NCBI GenBank assembly: GCA_944377305.1
Contig: CALWEL010000004.1
Span: forward strand, 19,136 to 83,135
Reading direction: 5' to 3'
Source: an uncultured Clostridia bacterium
Lineage (GTDB): Bacteria > Bacillota > Clostridia > Christensenellales > UBA1242
Length of the DNA: 64,000 nucleotides
The translations under genes were made by a program, and so were the position numbers. Numbering within the stretch: the first letter of the stretch is position 1; each line of letters starts with the position of its first letter. This document shows positions 50,681-60,204 of the stretch, piece after piece. Under the pieces are notes generated by a model, which saw only the letters and a program-made list of their open reading frames with translations, was not told where the DNA came from and ran no database searches.

Positions 50681-51166
50681 TTACGCATTTAATGAATTAA
50701 TATAGCTTAGACCATCCAAACATTTTTCAGAAAGGAAATCCGCCAATTGAGCAACAAAACCTTTTGCTGAGAAACTGTCACTACGTTTGATCTTTGAGAC
50801 ATATTGAGCAAATTCCATATTTTCACCCAAAATTCTTTCAACATCAGACAAGATTGATTTCATATTAAATTTGTAATTTTGCGGTATATAAGGCTCAACA
50901 TCTCCGTGCAAATTTGTAATAATGAAATTCATCGGAGTCCCTCGCCAAGATAATGCCTTTGGGTACAGAGATTTGTTCGCGGAATTAGGAACAAATTTAT
51001 CTAACTCAGTGCTGTATTCGTTCACTATATCCCAATTGGAATTTTGAGCTCGAACGAAATACCTATCAAACAATTCTTTGTCGCTCATTTGTAAAATTTT
51101 TTGGGCAGTTGGTGATTTTTCTGGGTCAAATTCATAATTTATAAAATGTTGCTTTGTGTATGCCAT
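50681..51166 (-). CDS. Hypothetical protein (161 aa)
   Basis: SD AAGGAG is present, with a TTTACA-17-TGaTAAAAT promoter upstream. I recognise no motif. Confidence 0.55.
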   Translation of the reverse strand: MAYTKQHFINYEFDPEKSPTAQKILQMSDKELFDRYFVRAQNSNWDIVNEYSTELDKFVPNSANKSLYPKALSWRGTPMNFIITNLHGDVEPYIPQNYKFNMKSILSDVERILGENMEFAQYVSKIKRSDSFSAKGFVAQLADFLSEKCLDGLSYINSLNA

Positions 51167-51197
51167 AATTTCACTCCTTAATTTTTAACTCATCCGA

Positions 51198-51226
51198 ATT
51201 TTATCACATTATTTTGTATTTGTAAA
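51198..51226 (-). promoter_or_regulatory. Sigma-A promoter of the 161-aa gene
   Basis: Minus strand: TTTACA, a 17-nt spacer, then TGaTAAAAT. Confidence 0.55.
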
Positions 51227-51388
51227 TACCTTTTTTCAAAGTTTTTCAATTTTTGCAATACAAGGTGGCTTTGTAGCGTATTTCAGTAATTGGCTAATTG
51301 CCATACTAATGCTTATCATAATATTAGCATCTCGAATCCATAGTTTCATTGTATTAAATATATGTTACTGTTGTCACTTTAATTACAA

Positions 51389-51730
51389 TCATTCATTGTC
51401 ATTAACTTTATAGAGCATTGGATCATAAGTCTTGTTCATCAGCTTCAATATTGTGGAGAAATTGTCATCCTCTGCGGACTTATTGTTATGAAGTTTTCCG
51501 CACTTGCTACACCTATATTGTATTATATATCCCTTTTTCCCGCTAATTGTGACATCTTGAGGGAAAAGCATCCCACCGCAAGTGTTCATCCTATCACCCG
51601 GATTGATGTCTAGGTGAAGAGAAACAAGACAGTTGGTGCAGTGATCTCGTGAAGTGTATTTTAGTTCCGGCACGATTTTTCCACACCATACACACATAAA
51701 GCTATTATCGTTTTTTTCAAATTGTTTCAT
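51389..51730 (-). CDS. RNHCP-domain zinc-ribbon protein
   Basis: CVWCGK...SRDHCTNCLVSLHLD...CGG...YRCSKCGK follows the RNHCP pattern (R-N/D-H-C-P/T-x-C-L-x-S-x-H-x-D). Confidence 0.65.
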   Translation of the reverse strand: MKQFEKNDNSFMCVWCGKIVPELKYTSRDHCTNCLVSLHLDINPGDRMNTCGGMLFPQDVTISGKKGYIIQYRCSKCGKLHNNKSAEDDNFSTILKLMNKTYDPMLYKVNDNE

Positions 51731-51736
51731 AATCTC

Positions 51737-51765
51737 AGTATATCAAAAATTTACGGTAGTGTAAA
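51737..51765 (-). promoter_or_regulatory. Promoter abutting the RNHCP start codon (leaderless candidate)
   Basis: Minus strand: TTTACA, a 17-nt spacer, then TGaTATACT, then 6 nt to the ATG. There is no SD. Confidence 0.5.
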
Positions 51766-51906
51766 GGAGCAGAGATCAAATTTTGAGTCAATATTTTTTC
51801 AAGACTTATATTTTCTTATGTTTGCATTTAAAATGATTATTACTCTTAAAGTGTACTTTATCAAAATTTGACAAGAAATTTAATAAATGTACAGCAAAGT
51901 TTTCAT

Positions 51907-51935
51907 TTGTCATACACACAGTTTTGTGCTATAAT
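51907..51935 (+). promoter_or_regulatory. Promoter abutting the amidohydrolase-like start codon (leaderless candidate)
   Basis: TTGTCA, a 17-nt spacer, then TGcTATAAT, then 6 nt to the ATG at 51942. The -10 lies inside the ORF-track extension that starts at 51924. Confidence 0.5.
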
Positions 51936-51941
51936 CAACCT

Positions 51942-52586
51942 ATGGAGCACGACAGAATATCTCATAAAAAATTTGTAAAGATTAGAAAACAGTTTTTCTT
52001 AACACATCAAGAATCTGATTTTTATTTTGAAGCAAAAAATAGTCCGATATTAATTTCCGTTCCACACGCAGTCAAACAAACGAGATTGGGCAAACAAAAA
52101 AATGAAGAATTGGGAACAATTTCAACGGGTATGATCCTAGCGGATAGATTAAATACATCTTTGATAGTGAAAACTAGAAACAATTTTGATGACGCTAATT
52201 TTGATAAAGAGTCGAGATATAAAGATAAAATAAAATATTTGATATCAGCAGTCGGCGTAAAATATATTATAGATCTTCACGGATTGAAAAAAGATCGAGA
52301 ATGCGATATAAATCTTGGGATAAATTTCGGTGCAAATATTAAAAATGACATTAAATTGTATGACAAAATTTTATTTGGGTTGCAAAACTCTGGGTTTACA
52401 ACCACGATAGACAATCCGTATAGAGCGGGTGAGAGGACCATCTCGGGATATTTTGCCACGAATTATAATATATGGACGATTCAAATTGAAATTAATAGTC
52501 GTATCACAAATGATAGTAAATATATCTCTAAACTAAATAACCTTTTAGATATATTGACAACGGCACTTAAGACGATAAAAATTTAA
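51942..52586 (+). CDS. Putative N-formylglutamate amidohydrolase-family hydrolase (tentative)
   Basis: ILISVPHAV, IIDLHGL, DINLG, NPYRAG and IQIEIN are spaced as in FGase-like zinc hydrolases. The assignment is by eye only. Confidence 0.4.
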   Translation: MEHDRISHKKFVKIRKQFFLTHQESDFYFEAKNSPILISVPHAVKQTRLGKQKNEELGTISTGMILADRLNTSLIVKTRNNFDDANFDKESRYKDKIKYLISAVGVKYIIDLHGLKKDRECDINLGINFGANIKNDIKLYDKILFGLQNSGFTTTIDNPYRAGERTISGYFATNYNIWTIQIEINSRITNDSKYISKLNNLLDILTTALKTIKI

Positions 52587-52786
52587 AAAGTATCTGAAAT
52601 GATAAACCATATTATATATAGAGATCTTGGTACATCATTTTTTGGGTGATTATATAATAGTTTTCTTATGAATACTGATTTTCATCAGTTTTATTCATAG
52701 TATACAAAACATAAGATCTCAACAGGATTCTAATCTTTAACGAATTTCAACTGAACAAAATTAAATGAAAAAGTTATGAAAAAGGG

Positions 52787-52815
52787 TTGACAATCGTCAT
52801 TTTCTTTGATAAAAT
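52787..52815 (+). promoter_or_regulatory. Sigma-A promoter of the S10 ribosomal operon
   Basis: TTGACA, a 17-nt spacer, then TGaTAAAAT. Confidence 0.6.
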
Positions 52816-53137
52816 AAAAATGCTGATTAATGGTTTGACGCATAAGGTTGCATTTGTTAGCAAGCGACAAATGGGAATTTATGTTGACCTAGTCTAGTGA
52901 GACGCCGATAGAGAATATGGGGTAGACCCAATTTATTTTTGAAGATCAGCACTTTACACCCGGCATAGTGTAAACGAGTAAGTGAGCGATCAAACTGCCG
53001 TATATACTAGTCATCATTTGATAGTGATTATAGGTCTGCAATTAAGGTATTTTGATGAGGAGTATAAACTATCTAAGCTATTGCGGTATGTAAAGGAAGT
53101 CGGTTCAGTGTTGACTAAATATGAAAGGAGAAGAAAA
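52816..53137 (+). promoter_or_regulatory. Long (~320 nt) 5' leader of the S10 operon
   Basis: It lies between the promoter and the rpsJ SD (AAAGGAG). GC content is clearly above that of other spacers. Hairpins are CATTTGT/ACAAATG (52851-52873) and TTTACAC/GTGTAAA (52953-52974). Confidence 0.4.
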
Positions 53138-53446
53138 ATGGCAACAACAAAACTTAGAATCAAACTTGCATCTTATGATACGGGTTTGCTAGAGAATGTA
53201 GTATCAAGAATTCTTGACACTGCTACGAAGTCTGGATGCAAAGTGTCCGGACCTGTTCCACTACCTACGAAGAAGGAAGTGGTGACAATCATTCGTGCTA
53301 CGCACAAATACAAAGATTCACGCGAACAATATGAGTCTCGAACTCACTTCAGACTGATAGATGTGTTCGCGCCTAACGCAAAAGCAGTAGATACATTGCT
53401 GAAAATGAATGTTCCTGCGGGCGTAGACATTAAGGTAGAATTATAA
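53138..53446 (+). CDS. rpsJ: 30S ribosomal protein S10
   Basis: [14 protein letters not shown]...; 102 aa; SD AAAGGAG. The ORF-track start at 52982 is an upstream in-frame artefact. Confidence 0.95.
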   Translation: MATTKLRIKLASYDTGLLENVVSRILDTATKSGCKVSGPVPLPTKKEVVTIIRATHKYKDSREQYESRTHFRLIDVFAPNAKAVDTLLKMNVPAGVDIKVEL

Positions 53447-53456
53447 GGAGGGAACT

Positions 53457-54089
53457 GTGGAAAAAGCGATTATTGGTAGAAAGATCGGTATGACACAAGT
53501 GTTTACTGATGACGGAAGAGTTGAACCTGTGACAGTGATTGAAGCAGGTCCTTGCTATGTGACTCAGATCAAAACTGCTGACACAGACGGCTACAATTCA
53601 GTGCAAGTAGCATTCGGAGATATAAAAGCGAAGAATGTGAATAAGGCGCAAATTGGCGCATTCAAGAAGGCTGGAGTTGAGCCAAAACGTGTGGTGAAAG
53701 AGTTTAAATATGACGATGTATCAAAATTCAGTCTTGGTCAAGAGATCAAAGCTGATATGTTCAGCGAGGGTGACCTAGTGGACGTGTCTGGCATCACAAA
53801 AGGGCACGGATTCACCGGCGTTATCAAACGTTGGAATCAACAGAGATTAAAGATGACTCACGGTGTAGGCCCCGTTCATAGAGAAGTGGGTTCAATGGGT
53901 GCAAACTCAACACCTAGTCGTGTATTCAAAGGTAAAAAGATGCCTGGACATTACGGTAGCGAAGCCGTGACAGTGCAGAATCTTAAGGTTGTACGTGTAG
54001 ATGCGGATAGAAATTTGATATTGGTCAAAGGAGCGATCCCTGGGCCTAAAAAATCAATAGTTACTATCAAGTCTGCAGTAAAGGCTTAA
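53457..54089 (+). CDS. rplC: 50S ribosomal protein L3
   Basis: [10 protein letters not shown] and operon position. GTG start follows GGAGGGA. Confidence 0.95.
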   Translation: MEKAIIGRKIGMTQVFTDDGRVEPVTVIEAGPCYVTQIKTADTDGYNSVQVAFGDIKAKNVNKAQIGAFKKAGVEPKRVVKEFKYDDVSKFSLGQEIKADMFSEGDLVDVSGITKGHGFTGVIKRWNQQRLKMTHGVGPVHREVGSMGANSTPSRVFKGKKMPGHYGSEAVTVQNLKVVRVDADRNLILVKGAIPGPKKSIVTIKSAVKA

Positions 54090-54100
54090 AGGAGTAAACT

Positions 54101-54724
54101 ATGGCGAAACTAAAAGTTTATAATATGAAGAAAGAGGCGGTTGGCGATATTAGTCTGAATGATTTGGTGTTTGATGCAGACTACAATGAACCACTTGTTC
54201 ATCAAGTGGTGGTGGCATTGCACAACAACGCTAGACAGGGAACTAAATCTACCCTTACTCGTAGCGAAGTGAACGCTAGTAAGAAAAAGATATATAGGCA
54301 GAAGGGTACTGGTGGTGCTCGTCACGATGAACGAAGCGCTCCACAATTCGATGGTGGCGGTGTAGTATTTGCTCCAAAACCACGTGATTTCAGTCAAAAG
54401 ATCAACAAGAAGATGAGGGATATAGCATTTTCTTCTGCGCTATCTCAAAAGATTAGACAAAATGAAGTGTTTATCCTAGACGAAGTTAAATTTGCAGACA
54501 ACAAGACTAAAAGTGCTAGCGAATTTTTGAAGACCTTTGGTCTAAATAAACGCACTATGATCTTAACTGATGGAAAGGATGAGGGTGTGATGAGAGCAAC
54601 TGGCAATATCCAAAAGGTTAGTTGTGAAGATGTTATGCTACTTAATGTGGCGCAGGTTGTGGAAAACACATATCTTGTGTTCACAAAGAATGCTATTAAG
54701 AAATTAGAGGAGGCATACGTATAA
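54101..54724 (+). CDS. rplD: 50S ribosomal protein L4
   Basis: RQKGTGGARHD...FAPKPRDF and operon position. Confidence 0.95.
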   Translation: MAKLKVYNMKKEAVGDISLNDLVFDADYNEPLVHQVVVALHNNARQGTKSTLTRSEVNASKKKIYRQKGTGGARHDERSAPQFDGGGVVFAPKPRDFSQKINKKMRDIAFSSALSQKIRQNEVFILDEVKFADNKTKSASEFLKTFGLNKRTMILTDGKDEGVMRATGNIQKVSCEDVMLLNVAQVVENTYLVFTKNAIKKLEEAYV

Positions 54725-55026
54725 TGAAAGCGCAAGAAATTATCTTGGAGCCTATTATGACTGAAAAGTCGTACGCAGGCTTCCCAAACAAAGTGTATAC
54801 ATTCAAAGTGAATGTTAATGCAAACAAAGTAGAGATCAAAAAGGCAGTTGAAGAATTGTTTGAAGTGCAAGTGGCACGCGTGAATACAGTCAACTGCTCA
54901 GGAAAAGAAAAATCAAGAAATACAAAACAAGGTCGAGTGACTGGTCGAACGAGCGATTATAAGAAAGCAATTGTTTTCCTAAAACCTGAATCAAAGGCTA
55001 TCGCATTCTTCGAGAGTTTGAACTAA
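54724..55026 (+). CDS. rplW: 50S ribosomal protein L23
   Basis: KVYTFKVNVNANKVEIKKAVEELFEV. Start overlaps the rplD stop. Confidence 0.95.
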   Translation: MKAQEIILEPIMTEKSYAGFPNKVYTFKVNVNANKVEIKKAVEELFEVQVARVNTVNCSGKEKSRNTKQGRVTGRTSDYKKAIVFLKPESKAIAFFESLN

Positions 55027-55038
55027 AAGGAGTAGATT

Positions 55039-55875
55039 ATGGCTATAAGAAAGATGAAACCCACCTCTGCTGGTAGTAGATTTGTGACTTATAAGACTTA
55101 TGATGAACTTACGAAAAATCCTGAGACGCCAAAGTCATTGCTGACAGAAGTGAAGAAGACTGGTGGTCGTAATGCTCAAGGTAAAATAACCGTTCGTAAC
55201 ATTGGTGGTGCCAATAGGCGCAAATATAGAAAGATCGATTTCAAACGAAACAAAGATGGAATCGTGGCAAAAGTTGAAAGCATTCAATACGACCCAAATA
55301 GAACGGCATACATCGCATTGATCACGTATGCTGATGGTGAAAAAAGATTTATCCTTGCTCCAAAAGGACTTAACGTTGGAGACAAGGTGATGAGTGGCGC
55401 TGGCGCAGAGATCAAGCCAGGCAACGCTCTTGAATTGAAAGATATTCCGCTAGGTGCTATTGTCCACAATATTGAATTACAGCCAGGCAAGGGCGGGCAG
55501 ATGGCAAGAAGCGCGGGAATGTCTGCTCAACTTATGGCGAAAGAAGGTGCTTATGCAACTTTGCGTTTACCTTCTGGCGAAATGAGAAAAGTGCTTGCAG
55601 TATGTCGTGCTACTATCGGTACGATTGGCAACGAAGAAAATGAAATTGTGTCTTTGGGTAAGGCTGGACGTAAACGTCATTTAGGGATTCGTCCATCTGT
55701 TCGTGGTTCTGCTATGAACCCAGTTGATCACCCACACGGCGGTGGTGAAGGTAAATCACCAGTTGGACACGCAGGTCCTGTCACTCCTTGGGGTAAACCA
55801 GCACTTGGATACAAGACTAGAAAACATAAAAAGGCTAGCGACAAATTGATTGTCAAGAGAGCCAAAGCTAAGTAG
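55039..55875 (+). CDS. rplB: 50S ribosomal protein L2
   Basis: [22 protein letters not shown] and HPHGGGEGK. Confidence 0.95.
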   Translation: MAIRKMKPTSAGSRFVTYKTYDELTKNPETPKSLLTEVKKTGGRNAQGKITVRNIGGANRRKYRKIDFKRNKDGIVAKVESIQYDPNRTAYIALITYADGEKRFILAPKGLNVGDKVMSGAGAEIKPGNALELKDIPLGAIVHNIELQPGKGGQMARSAGMSAQLMAKEGAYATLRLPSGEMRKVLAVCRATIGTIGNEENEIVSLGKAGRKRHLGIRPSVRGSAMNPVDHPHGGGEGKSPVGHAGPVTPWGKPALGYKTRKHKKASDKLIVKRAKAK

Positions 55876-55884
55876 GAGTAGTTT

Positions 55885-56163
55885 ATGAGTAGAAGTTTGA
55901 AGAAAAAACCATTTGTGGAAGAAAAATTGATGAAACGAATTAGTGAAATGAATGAAAAGAACGAGAAAAAGGCAATTAAAACTTGGTCACGTTCAAGCAC
56001 AATCTATCCAGAATTCGTAGGACATACAATTGCTGTGCACAATGGCAAAAAACATATACCTGTATATTGCACTGTGGATATGGTAGGGCATAAGTTGGGA
56101 GAATTCGCTCCAACTCGTACCTTCAAAGGACACAAGCAAAAAGAAGCGAAAGGTAAAAAGTAG
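55885..56163 (+). CDS. rpsS: 30S ribosomal protein S19
   Basis: [14 protein letters not shown] and [16 protein letters not shown]. Confidence 0.95.
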   Translation: MSRSLKKKPFVEEKLMKRISEMNEKNEKKAIKTWSRSSTIYPEFVGHTIAVHNGKKHIPVYCTVDMVGHKLGEFAPTRTFKGHKQKEAKGKK

Positions 56164-56172
56164 GAGTGAACT

Positions 56173-56565
56173 ATGGCAAAGAGAATTAGAGAAAAAACAG
56201 AAAAAATCAAAGCGATCAAAGATATTCGTCCGTATGCTAGTGTTCGTCACGTGCGTCTTTCTCCTACAAAGGCAAAAATCGTTATTGATACAGTACGTGG
56301 CAAGAGTTATGATGACGCAGTGGCAATACTTTCAAATATGCCACAGGACGCAGCGGCAATTCTTTTAAAGGTTGTGAAATCTGCTGGCGCTAATGCCGAA
56401 CATAATAAGGGACTTAATGTTCACGATTTGTATTTGGCTGAAATCGTGCTTGGTGCAGGTCCTACACGTGTGAATAAAGTATATTTCCGTGGCAAGGCAC
56501 ACGGTGCTGATAGAATTGCAACAAAAACTAGCCACATCAAAGTTGTGCTAGATGTAAAGGAGTAG
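56173..56565 (+). CDS. rplV: 50S ribosomal protein L22
   Basis: VRLSPTKAKIVIDTVRGK. It has an ~18-aa basic N-terminal extension relative to typical L22. Confidence 0.95.
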   Translation: MAKRIREKTEKIKAIKDIRPYASVRHVRLSPTKAKIVIDTVRGKSYDDAVAILSNMPQDAAAILLKVVKSAGANAEHNKGLNVHDLYLAEIVLGAGPTRVNKVYFRGKAHGADRIATKTSHIKVVLDVKE

Positions 56566-56569
56566 AAGT

Positions 56570-57244
56570 ATGGGACAAAAAGTTAATCCGAATGGAATGA
56601 GAATAGGTATCAACAAGACTTGGAATTCTTTTTGGTACACTGACAAGAAAAATATTGCAAAGAACATTAAGGAAGATAATGTTATCCGTAGCTATATCCT
56701 TAAAGAATATAAAAATTGTGCAATTTCCAATGTTTTGATTGAGAGGACAAACGATTCAATCACTGTGACCATCACTACAGCTAAACCTGGAATTTTGATT
56801 GGTCAAAAGGGTGCAGGAGTGGAAGCTCTCAAGAAAAATGTTGAAAAATTGACTGACGCAAAGAAAGTCAACGTCAATATCGTTGAACAGAAAAATCCAG
56901 ACTTAGATGCAAAGTTGGTGGCAGAATCAATCGCTAGTCAACTAGAAAAACGTGCTCAATTCAGACGCGTTATGAAATCTGCAATGCAAAGAGTGATGAG
57001 AGCGGGTGCTGTCGGTGTGAAAACTATGGTATCAGGACGTCTTGATGGTGCAGAAATTGCACGTAGTGAGCATTATCACGAGGGTTCACTTCCTCTTCAT
57101 ACAATCAGAGCAAACATTGACTATGCTTGCACTGAAGCACACACGACTTTTGGCGTTTTAGGTGTAAAAGTGTGGATTAACAAAGGTGAAATTTTGGGTA
57201 AAGTTTCTCAAAGTTCAGTAAATCACAAGAAAGGAGAGAACTAA
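56570..57244 (+). CDS. rpsC: 30S ribosomal protein S3
   Basis: [14 protein letters not shown] and the KH-domain [10 protein letters not shown]. Confidence 0.95.
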   Translation: MGQKVNPNGMRIGINKTWNSFWYTDKKNIAKNIKEDNVIRSYILKEYKNCAISNVLIERTNDSITVTITTAKPGILIGQKGAGVEALKKNVEKLTDAKKVNVNIVEQKNPDLDAKLVAESIASQLEKRAQFRRVMKSAMQRVMRAGAVGVKTMVSGRLDGAEIARSEHYHEGSLPLHTIRANIDYACTEAHTTFGVLGVKVWINKGEILGKVSQSSVNHKKGEN

Positions 57245-57245
57245 T

Positions 57246-57677
57246 ATGTTGATGCCTAAGAGAGAAAAGAGAAGAAAGCAACACCGTGGTCGTATGACCG
57301 GTCGCGCTATTCGTGGTAGCAAAGTAACTTATGGAGATTATGGTCTTCAAGCCACTGAACCTTGTTGGATCACACCTAACCAACTAGAAGCGGCTCGTGT
57401 TGCGATCAATAGATATATGAAACGTGGTGGTAAACTTTGGATAAAAGTTTTCCCAGACAAACCTATTACTAAAAAACCTGCTGACACTCGTATGGGTAGC
57501 GGTAAGGGTGCACAGATTGGTCACGTAGCAGTAGTGAAACGTGACAGAGTGATTATTGAAGTGAGCGGTCCTAGCGAAGAAATTTGCCTAGAGGCATTGC
57601 GTCTTGCTTCACATAAACTTCCTTGCAAGACTAGAGTAGTCTATAGGGAAAAAGGCGGTGAAAACAATGAAGAATAA
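57246..57677 (+). CDS. rplP: 50S ribosomal protein L16
   Basis: [17 protein letters not shown]. Confidence 0.95.
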   Translation: MLMPKREKRRKQHRGRMTGRAIRGSKVTYGDYGLQATEPCWITPNQLEAARVAINRYMKRGGKLWIKVFPDKPITKKPADTRMGSGKGAQIGHVAVVKRDRVIIEVSGPSEEICLEALRLASHKLPCKTRVVYREKGGENNEE

Positions 57678-57864
57678 TTATAGAGAACTATCAATTCAGG
57701 AGTTGACAGCAGAGGAAAGCAAGCTTAGAAGCGAATTGTTTAACCTCACTTTCCAACACAAAGTAGGTCAACTGACTGATACGTCAAGAATCAGAATTGT
57801 TCGCAAGAACATCGCTAGGGTAAAGACTGCCCTAAAAGAAAAAATGGCTGGAACGAAGGAGTAA
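57667..57864 (+). CDS. rpmC: 50S ribosomal protein L29
   Basis: [22 protein letters not shown] at 57667 is preferred over the GTG at 57658. It overlaps the rplP end. Confidence 0.9.
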   Translation: MKNNYRELSIQELTAEESKLRSELFNLTFQHKVGQLTDTSRIRIVRKNIARVKTALKEKMAGTKE

Positions 57865-57867
57865 TGT

Positions 57868-58128
57868 ATGGAAAGTAAATTAGTAAACCGCAAGACAATT
57901 CAAGGTGTTGTTGTTTCTGACAAAATGGACAAGACCATTACTGTTTTGGTCACCAGCAAGAAAAGACACCCAATATATAAGAAATATACAACTTATACAA
58001 AAAAATATAAAGCTCACGATGAGAAGAATGAAGCACACGTTGGCGACACCGTTTTGATTGTAGAAACGCGTCCGCTTAGCAAAGACAAATATTTCAGACT
58101 TCTTTCTATCGTTGAAAGAGCGAAGTAG
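57868..58128 (+). CDS. rpsQ: 30S ribosomal protein S17
   Basis: [20 protein letters not shown]. Confidence 0.95.
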   Translation: MESKLVNRKTIQGVVVSDKMDKTITVLVTSKKRHPIYKKYTTYTKKYKAHDEKNEAHVGDTVLIVETRPLSKDKYFRLLSIVERAK

Positions 58129-58137
58129 GAGGCAGAT

Positions 58138-58506
58138 ATGATACAACCATTATCAAGATTGAAAGTTGCCGACAACACGGGTGCAAAGGAGATTATGTGT
58201 ATCCGTTGTTTAGGAGGCTCTGTCAGAAAATTCGCAAATATCGGAGATATCATCGTGGCTTCTGTCAAAAAGGCTGATCCAGATGGAAAGGTGAAAAAAG
58301 GTGACGTAGTTATGGCAGTTATCGTTCGCTCAAAAAAGGGAGTACAAAGACCAGACGGAAGTTCAATCAAATTCGATGAGAACGCCGCTGTAATTATTGA
58401 CAAGCAAAAGGCACCAAGAGGCACGCGTGTATTTGGACCGATTGCAAGAGAACTTCGTGCTAAGGGATTCAATCAAATCATCTCACTAGCACCGGAAGTA
58501 TTATAG
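58138..58506 (+). CDS. rplN: 50S ribosomal protein L14
   Basis: [17 protein letters not shown]. Confidence 0.95.
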   Translation: MIQPLSRLKVADNTGAKEIMCIRCLGGSVRKFANIGDIIVASVKKADPDGKVKKGDVVMAVIVRSKKGVQRPDGSSIKFDENAAVIIDKQKAPRGTRVFGPIARELRAKGFNQIISLAPEVL

Positions 58507-58515
58507 GAGGCAAAG

Positions 58516-59016
58516 ATGAAGTATAGTGTTAAAAAAGGTGATAACGTACTTGTACTTGCTGGAAAAGATGCTGGCAAAACTGGAGAAGTGCTAGAAGTGA
58601 ATAGAGAGTCTGGAAGAGTGATTGTTTCGGGCATCAACATTCAAGCACATCACAAAAAGCCAAGAAGCAAGGATGACAAGGGTGGTATTTTAAAGACTGA
58701 AGGCGCTATTGACATTAGTAATGTTCAAGTCATCTGCCCAGTATGCAAGAAAGCAACTCGCGTATCACATTCAGTACAAGGAGATACAAAATCTCGTATT
58801 TGCAAAAAATGTGGCGCATCTTTGGATGTTGCAAAGGCAAAGAAGGCTACCAAAAAGGTAGAATCTAGTGCAAAGAAGGTTCAAAAGGCTGAAAAAACAG
58901 AAGCAGTAGAAAGCAAGAAGGCGACAAAGACAGCTTCTGAAAAGAAAGTTCAAAAGAGCGAAAGTGCAGAAAGCACAGCTACGAAAAAGACTGCAAAGAG
59001 CAGTAAAAAGGCATAA
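58516..59016 (+). CDS. rplX: 50S ribosomal protein L24 with a Cys4 motif and a ~60-aa Lys/Ala-rich C-terminal tail
   Basis: KKGDNVLVLAGKDAGKTGEVLEV core (KOW). CPVC...CKKC at aa 74-99. The tail is KKATKKVESSAKKVQKAEK...KKTAKSSKKA. Total length is 166 aa against about 105 aa for typical L24. Confidence 0.9.
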   Translation: MKYSVKKGDNVLVLAGKDAGKTGEVLEVNRESGRVIVSGINIQAHHKKPRSKDDKGGILKTEGAIDISNVQVICPVCKKATRVSHSVQGDTKSRICKKCGASLDVAKAKKATKKVESSAKKVQKAEKTEAVESKKATKTASEKKVQKSESAESTATKKTAKSSKKA

Positions 59017-59029
59017 AGGAGTATGACTT

Positions 59030-59587
59030 ATGGAAAAAGAAATTAATAGACGTCATGCATACTACAACGAAGTGGTAAAAAAGGCTTTGAAAGAGAAATT
59101 TGGATATAAAAACGTAATGGAAATACCAAAACTCGACAAAATCGTTTTGAGTCTTCGTCTGGGTAAAGAAAAAGATAACGCAAAGAGTTTCAACACCGCC
59201 GTTGAAGAATTGAGCTTAATCGCTGGTCAAAAGGCAGTTGTGACTACTGCGAAAAAATCAGTTGCAAATTTCAAACTTCGTCAAGGACAAAAGATAGGTG
59301 CAAAAGTGACACTTCGTGGAGAAAAAATGTACGAATTCTTTGATAGATTGATCTCAATTGCTCTTCCACGAGTAAGAGACTTTCAAGGACTGAGCACGAA
59401 ATCTTTTGATGGACGTGGAAACTATAGTTTCGGTGTGAAAGAGCAAATCATTTTCCCTGAAATCATATACGATAAGATAGATGCAGTGAGAGGATTTGAC
59501 ATCATATTCGTAACTACCGCAAAATCGAACGAAGAGGCGCTAGAATTGTTAAAATTGATGGGCGTTCCGTTCAAGAAAAGTAAATAG
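59030..59587 (+). CDS. rplE: 50S ribosomal protein L5
   Basis: [20 protein letters not shown]. Confidence 0.95.
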   Translation: MEKEINRRHAYYNEVVKKALKEKFGYKNVMEIPKLDKIVLSLRLGKEKDNAKSFNTAVEELSLIAGQKAVVTTAKKSVANFKLRQGQKIGAKVTLRGEKMYEFFDRLISIALPRVRDFQGLSTKSFDGRGNYSFGVKEQIIFPEIIYDKIDAVRGFDIIFVTTAKSNEEALELLKLMGVPFKKSK

Positions 59588-59596
59588 GAGTGAATT

Positions 59597-59782
59597 ATGG
59601 CAAGAAAAGCAATGGTAAATAAACAAAAAAGAAAGCAAAAGTTCACAACTCGTGAATACACGAGATGTTCTATTTGCGGACGTCCACACGCCGTACTTAA
59701 GAAATATGGAATTTGCAGAATATGTTTTAGAAATTTAGCTAGCAAAGGTGAGATCCCTGGCGTTAAGAAGGCTAGTTGGTAA
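59597..59782 (+). CDS. rpsN: 30S ribosomal protein S14, type Z (zinc)
   Basis: 61 aa, with [22 protein letters not shown]. Confidence 0.95.
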   Translation: MARKAMVNKQKRKQKFTTREYTRCSICGRPHAVLKKYGICRICFRNLASKGEIPGVKKASW

Positions 59783-59794
59783 AAGGAGAAGAGT

Positions 59795-60193
59795 ATGTTA
59801 AGTATAGACCCTATCGCAGATATGCTCACTCGTATTCGTAATGCGAATATGAGTAGGCACGAGAGTGTACTTGTTCCACAATCAAAGACTAAACTCGCAA
59901 TTGCCCAAATCTTGAAAGATGAAGGATACATTGTAGATTACAAGTCTAGCGAAGAAAATGGAATCAAGATGATCGAAATCACACTAAAATATGGTCCTAA
60001 TGGTGAAAAAGTCATTCAAGGGCTGAAGAGAATCAGCAAACCGGGATTAAGAATTTATGCTAATACTGAACAATTGCCAAAAGTTCTTAACGGGTTGGGA
60101 ATCGCTATTGTGTCTACTAGCAAGGGCATCGTTACAGATAAAGTTGCTAGGAAATTGAATGTAGGCGGCGAAGTGCTTGCCTATGTATGGTAG
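59795..60193 (+). CDS. rpsH: 30S ribosomal protein S8
   Basis: [13 protein letters not shown]. Confidence 0.95.
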   Translation: MLSIDPIADMLTRIRNANMSRHESVLVPQSKTKLAIAQILKDEGYIVDYKSSEENGIKMIEITLKYGPNGEKVIQGLKRISKPGLRIYANTEQLPKVLNGLGIAIVSTSKGIVTDKVARKLNVGGEVLAYVW

Positions 60194-60204
60194 AGAGGTG
60201 TGTT

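Noticed and set aside
52982-53137. An upstream in-frame GTG that would extend S10 by 52 aa.
   Set aside because: It has no SD, and the extension is not S10-like. The canonical [10 protein letters not shown] start has an AAAGGAG SD.
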